Assembly: GCF_009557235.1 (NCBI RefSeq)
Contig: NZ_CP045650.1
Span: 1,020,001 to 1,052,000, forward strand
Reading direction: 5' to 3'
DNA from: Acinetobacter wanghuae
GTDB taxonomy: Bacteria; Pseudomonadota; Gammaproteobacteria; Pseudomonadales; Moraxellaceae
Length of the DNA: 32,000 nucleotides
In this document: positions 29,042 to 32,000 of the stretch, piece by piece
Layout: each line of letters starts with the position of its first letter
How positions within the stretch are numbered: position 1 is the first letter of the stretch
Notes under the pieces: generated by a model
Seen by the model: the letters and a program-made list of their open reading frames with translations, nothing else
Told to the model about the DNA's origin: nothing
Databases searched by the model: none
Position numbers and translations under genes: made by a program

Positions 29042-30514
29042 ATGCAGCAAATTAATGTACCTAAAATATTTATTTCATATAGTTGGTCAAGCCCTGAACA
29101 TGAAGAGTGGGTATTGGAATTAGCTGAAAATTTAATAAAAGATGGTATTGATATCGCACTAGATAAATGGGAATTAAGAGAAGGGGATGACCCGATAATT
29201 TTCATGGAAAGTATGGTGAACGATCCCACTATAACTAAGATCATAATGATTATTGACAGAAAATATACGGATCGTGCGAATCAACGCCATGGTGGTGTCG
29301 GAACAGAATCTACAATTTTATCGCAAGAGCTTTATAGTAAAAGAGATAAGAACAAGATTGTTGCTGTTATAGCTGAACCTAATGCTCCAAAACCTACATT
29401 TTATGCAGGTAGATTGCATGTTGATTTATCAAATACCGAACGATATGCAGAGGAATATGAGAAGTTAGTTCGTTGGGCTTATGATAAGTATAAATATGAG
29501 AAACCAAAGCTTCTTGGTAGTGCTCCGAGTTTTATTGTTGCTGAAGAAGAACAAATTGCACTATTCACAAACACTCAATATCGAATGGCAATAGATGCTT
29601 TAGAAAAGGGTAAAAGCAATGCTAGCAGTTTAGTGAAACAATATTTGGATAAGCTTCTTTTAGAGCTGCCAAAATTTTCTATATTAGAAAAAGATAATGA
29701 TCTTAATGAATTATTTAAGCAAAAACTTGAACATTTTCAGCCTCACTTGTATGAGTTTCAAAAGGTTGTTGATGCTGTTTGTACTCACTCAAATGATCCT
29801 AAGATTTTCAAACATTTCCGTAGCTTTTTAGAAAGACTTTTAAGCTTATTATGTACAGTTCCAAATGAAAAAGGGCGCTTAACAATAGATTTAGAATTAT
29901 TCAGTTTTTTTAACTATGAATTTTTTCTTTCGTTAGTGACTATTTTAATTAAAAATGAAGAATTTAATGAACTTAAAGAGATTCTGGATGAACTCTATAT
30001 GTTGCCTGAAAATTTCTATCAGCGGCATTTATTAGAAAAAAAATATATGACCTTTACTGTGTTTCTCCCAAGAGAATATGGTTTTATCGAAAATATTCTA
30101 AAACCAAAATACTATTCACCATTAGGTGACCTAATAAAAGATTATTCTGATGATCAAGTTATTACTTTTGAAGAAATTTGTGAAGCAGATGCGTTCTTGT
30201 TTATAAAATCTTTAACATATGCCTTGCAAATTGATGACTATTATAGAAAAAGATGGTGGCCTCATGTGTCTTTTTATATCGTAAGAGACCGTTACCATGC
30301 TTTAAAAGTTTTTGTTAAGTCAGAAAGGCCCACTTATTTTGATGAAATAAAGAAAGTATTAAATGTTAAAGATTTACAGTTCATTATAGATATACTAAAT
30401 ATAAATCGAGAGAATCCATATAATCAAAACTTATACCTCCCTAAATGGCCAGAAGCTTTTGCCACATTTGATTTAAAGACTCTATGTAATTTAGATAAAT
30501 TGCATAATTCATAG
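29042..30514 (+). CDS. SEFIR/TIR-like domain protein with an uncharacterised ~330-aa C-terminal region (candidate single-gene defence protein)
   Basis: The N-terminus KIFISYSWSSPEHEEWVLELAENLIKDGIDIALDKWELREGDDPIIFMES...GGVGTES matches the bacterial SEFIR/TIR_2 pattern. The gene is strongly AT-rich and sits alone between core genes. Confidence 0.75.
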   Translation: MQQINVPKIFISYSWSSPEHEEWVLELAENLIKDGIDIALDKWELREGDDPIIFMESMVNDPTITKIIMIIDRKYTDRANQRHGGVGTESTILSQELYSKRDKNKIVAVIAEPNAPKPTFYAGRLHVDLSNTERYAEEYEKLVRWAYDKYKYEKPKLLGSAPSFIVAEEEQIALFTNTQYRMAIDALEKGKSNASSLVKQYLDKLLLELPKFSILEKDNDLNELFKQKLEHFQPHLYEFQKVVDAVCTHSNDPKIFKHFRSFLERLLSLLCTVPNEKGRLTIDLELFSFFNYEFFLSLVTILIKNEEFNELKEILDELYMLPENFYQRHLLEKKYMTFTVFLPREYGFIENILKPKYYSPLGDLIKDYSDDQVITFEEICEADAFLFIKSLTYALQIDDYYRKRWWPHVSFYIVRDRYHALKVFVKSERPTYFDEIKKVLNVKDLQFIIDILNINRENPYNQNLYLPKWPEAFATFDLKTLCNLDKLHNS

Positions 30515-30525
30515 ACAATATTAAA

Positions 30526-30550
30526 GAATCCTCACTAGGAGTGGGGATTC
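30526..30550. terminator. Hairpin between the convergent SEFIR-like gene and yrdA
   Basis: gaatcctcac-tagga-gtggggattc gives a 10-bp stem with one wobble. The U runs are weak on both strands. Confidence 0.4.
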
Positions 30551-30595
30551 AAATTATATTTATTTAGCATAAAATCTCTGAGATTAAGAAGTTTT

Positions 30596-31126
30596 TTATT
30601 TATAATTCCCCGACACCTTCACATAATTCTGTGCCGAATACGGTAAAAACGCCTTTTCTTTCTCAGTAATAGGGCGTACTTTTTTAACAGGGCTGCCCAT
30701 ATATAAATAACCACTTTCCAAAACTTTGTTTGGCGGAACAAGCGAACCTGCGCCAATCATCACATCATCTTCAACAATCACATCATCCAAAATAATCGTG
30801 CCAATACCGACCAAAACCCGATTACCAATGGTACAACCATGTAATTTAACATGATGACCAATCGTGACATCTTCACCAATAATTAAAGGCGAACCTTCAG
30901 GTTTATCGGCTTTTTTATGACTCACATGCAACATCGAGTGGTCTTGCACATTCGAGTTTTTACCAATGTGGATATGATTGACATCACCACGAATCACGGC
31001 AAACGGCCAAACCGAGACATTTTCGCCTAAGACAACATCACCAATGACGACTGACATTGGGTCAACATAACAAGAATCATCAATAGTTGGTGCAGTGTCT
31101 AAATAAGGACGAATGTTTTGGCTCAT
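30596..31126 (-). CDS. yrdA: Gamma-class carbonic anhydrase-like hexapeptide-repeat protein (YrdA-like)
   Basis: Left-handed beta-helix repeats. The blocks IRGDVNHIHIGKNSNVQDHSMLHV and GHHVKLHGCTIGNRVLVG closely resemble E. coli YrdA as I remember it. Confidence 0.9.
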   Translation of the reverse strand: MSQNIRPYLDTAPTIDDSCYVDPMSVVIGDVVLGENVSVWPFAVIRGDVNHIHIGKNSNVQDHSMLHVSHKKADKPEGSPLIIGEDVTIGHHVKLHGCTIGNRVLVGIGTIILDDVIVEDDVMIGAGSLVPPNKVLESGYLYMGSPVKKVRPITEKEKAFLPYSAQNYVKVSGNYK

Positions 31127-31172
31127 AGTAAAGTCATCTGAGTGAATGATCGGTTTTAAAGCAGTATAAAAT

Positions 31173-31204
31173 AAAAAAGCACCTAGACCGAAATCTAGAT
31201 GCTT
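31173..31204 (-). terminator. Rho-independent terminator after dacC (minus strand)
   Basis: Minus strand reads gcatctaga-tttcgg-tctaggtgc (one mismatch) followed by T6. Confidence 0.7.
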
Positions 31205-31241
31205 AAACTTAAGTCTAAAACGATTTTAAAAAACGTTTTAA

Positions 31242-32000
31242 TTAAAATAAGTTAGAGAAGAATTGTTTTACATGGTCAATCATACGTGCGAAGAAATTCG
31301 CTTCTTCAACTGCTTTTAAAGCTACAAGTGGTTTTTCAGCAATGACTTTACCATCTAAAGTTGCAACGTATTTACCAACGACTTGACCGGCTTTTAAAGG
31401 TGCAGTCAATTTCGGTTGAACGACCAATTGCGTTTTAATGGCATTGGCTTGACCTTTTGGCATGGTCACATTGAAGTTTTCTGCTAAACCAATTTGAACG
31501 TCAGCATCTTTACCAAACCAAACTTTTGCTTTCGCTAAGACTTGTTTGCCCGGTTGAACACTTTTAGTTTCAAAGTTTGCATAACCCCAAGCCAACAAAT
31601 CACGTGTTTGTGATGCACGTTCGTTCATGCTTGGTGCACCAAAAATCACGGAAATTAAACGCGTCGGACCACGTTTTGCAGAAGTTGTTAAGCAATAACC
31701 AGCTTCATCGGTATGACCTGTTTTTAAACCATCCACGCTTGGGTCTGTATAAAGCAGGGCATTACGGTTGCCTTGTTTAATGCCGTTAAATGCAAATTCT
31801 TTTTCAGAATAAATTGGGTAGTATTTTGAACTATCATGAATAATATGTTGTGCAAGCACTGCCATATCTTTTGCAGTTGAATAATGACCTTCAGCAGGCA
31901 TACCAGTTGAATTGATGAAATGAGTATTCACCATGCCGATACGTTTTGCTTCTTGGTTCATCATATGCGCGAATGTACCTTCGTTACCCGCAATATGTTC
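31242..32000 (-). CDS. dacC: D-alanyl-D-alanine carboxypeptidase (PBP5/6 class), 5'-partial and continuing beyond the window
   Basis: KTGHT motif (LKTGHTDEAGYCL) and a C-terminal beta-sandwich plus amphipathic tail. The frame stays open upstream of the listed Met to position 32000. Confidence 0.9.
   Translation of the reverse strand, partial: EHIAGNEGTFAHMMNQEAKRIGMVNTHFINSTGMPAEGHYSTAKDMAVLAQHIIHDSSKYYPIYSEKEFAFNGIKQGNRNALLYTDPSVDGLKTGHTDEAGYCLTTSAKRGPTRLISVIFGAPSMNERASQTRDLLAWGYANFETKSVQPGKQVLAKAKVWFGKDADVQIGLAENFNVTMPKGQANAIKTQLVVQPKLTAPLKAGQVVGKYVATLDGKVIAEKPLVALKAVEEANFFARMIDHVKQFFSNLF

Noticed and set aside
30245-30265. An R-x5-H stretch (RKRWWPH), plus RDRYH nearby, in the C-terminal region of the SEFIR-like protein. 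This could hint at a HEPN RNase motif.
   Set aside because: The Rx4-6H pattern is far too degenerate to call from a single sequence, and I cannot verify any surrounding HEPN helical context by eye.

Overview
This window looks like a chromosomal segment from Acinetobacter (Moraxellaceae). That call rests on the dat-ddc diaminopropane operon, the gene order, AT-rich codon usage and protein similarity recalled from memory; no database was searched. Most of it is core housekeeping. The core genes are a long-form gap, a divergent qorB/HxlR-regulator pair, obg, proB, a ybjG-like PAP2 phosphatase, a SIMPL protein, dat-ddc, pstSCAB with Pho boxes, sohB, the conserved purB-hflD-mnmA-nudJ block, yrdA and a partial dacC. 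Most operons end in clear rho-independent terminators. Several patches are visibly more AT-rich and look accessory. (1) A single 490-aa gene (29042..30514) has an N-terminal SEFIR/TIR-like domain and a roughly 330-aa C-terminal region I cannot place. It sits alone between nudJ and yrdA and is the best candidate for a defence-type system. (2) A compact Bap-like Ig-repeat adhesin (20861..22924) is followed by a 916-bp IS5-family-like insertion sequence. The IS has split a small 2-TM protein gene 9 nt after its start codon, and a small acidic ORF lies downstream. (3) An orphan 2-TM ORF lies between the HxlR regulator and obg. Two tandem pairs of paralogous membrane proteins of unknown family (2179..3576 and 18283..19725) are also notable. 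I saw no rRNA, tRNA or CRISPR array.
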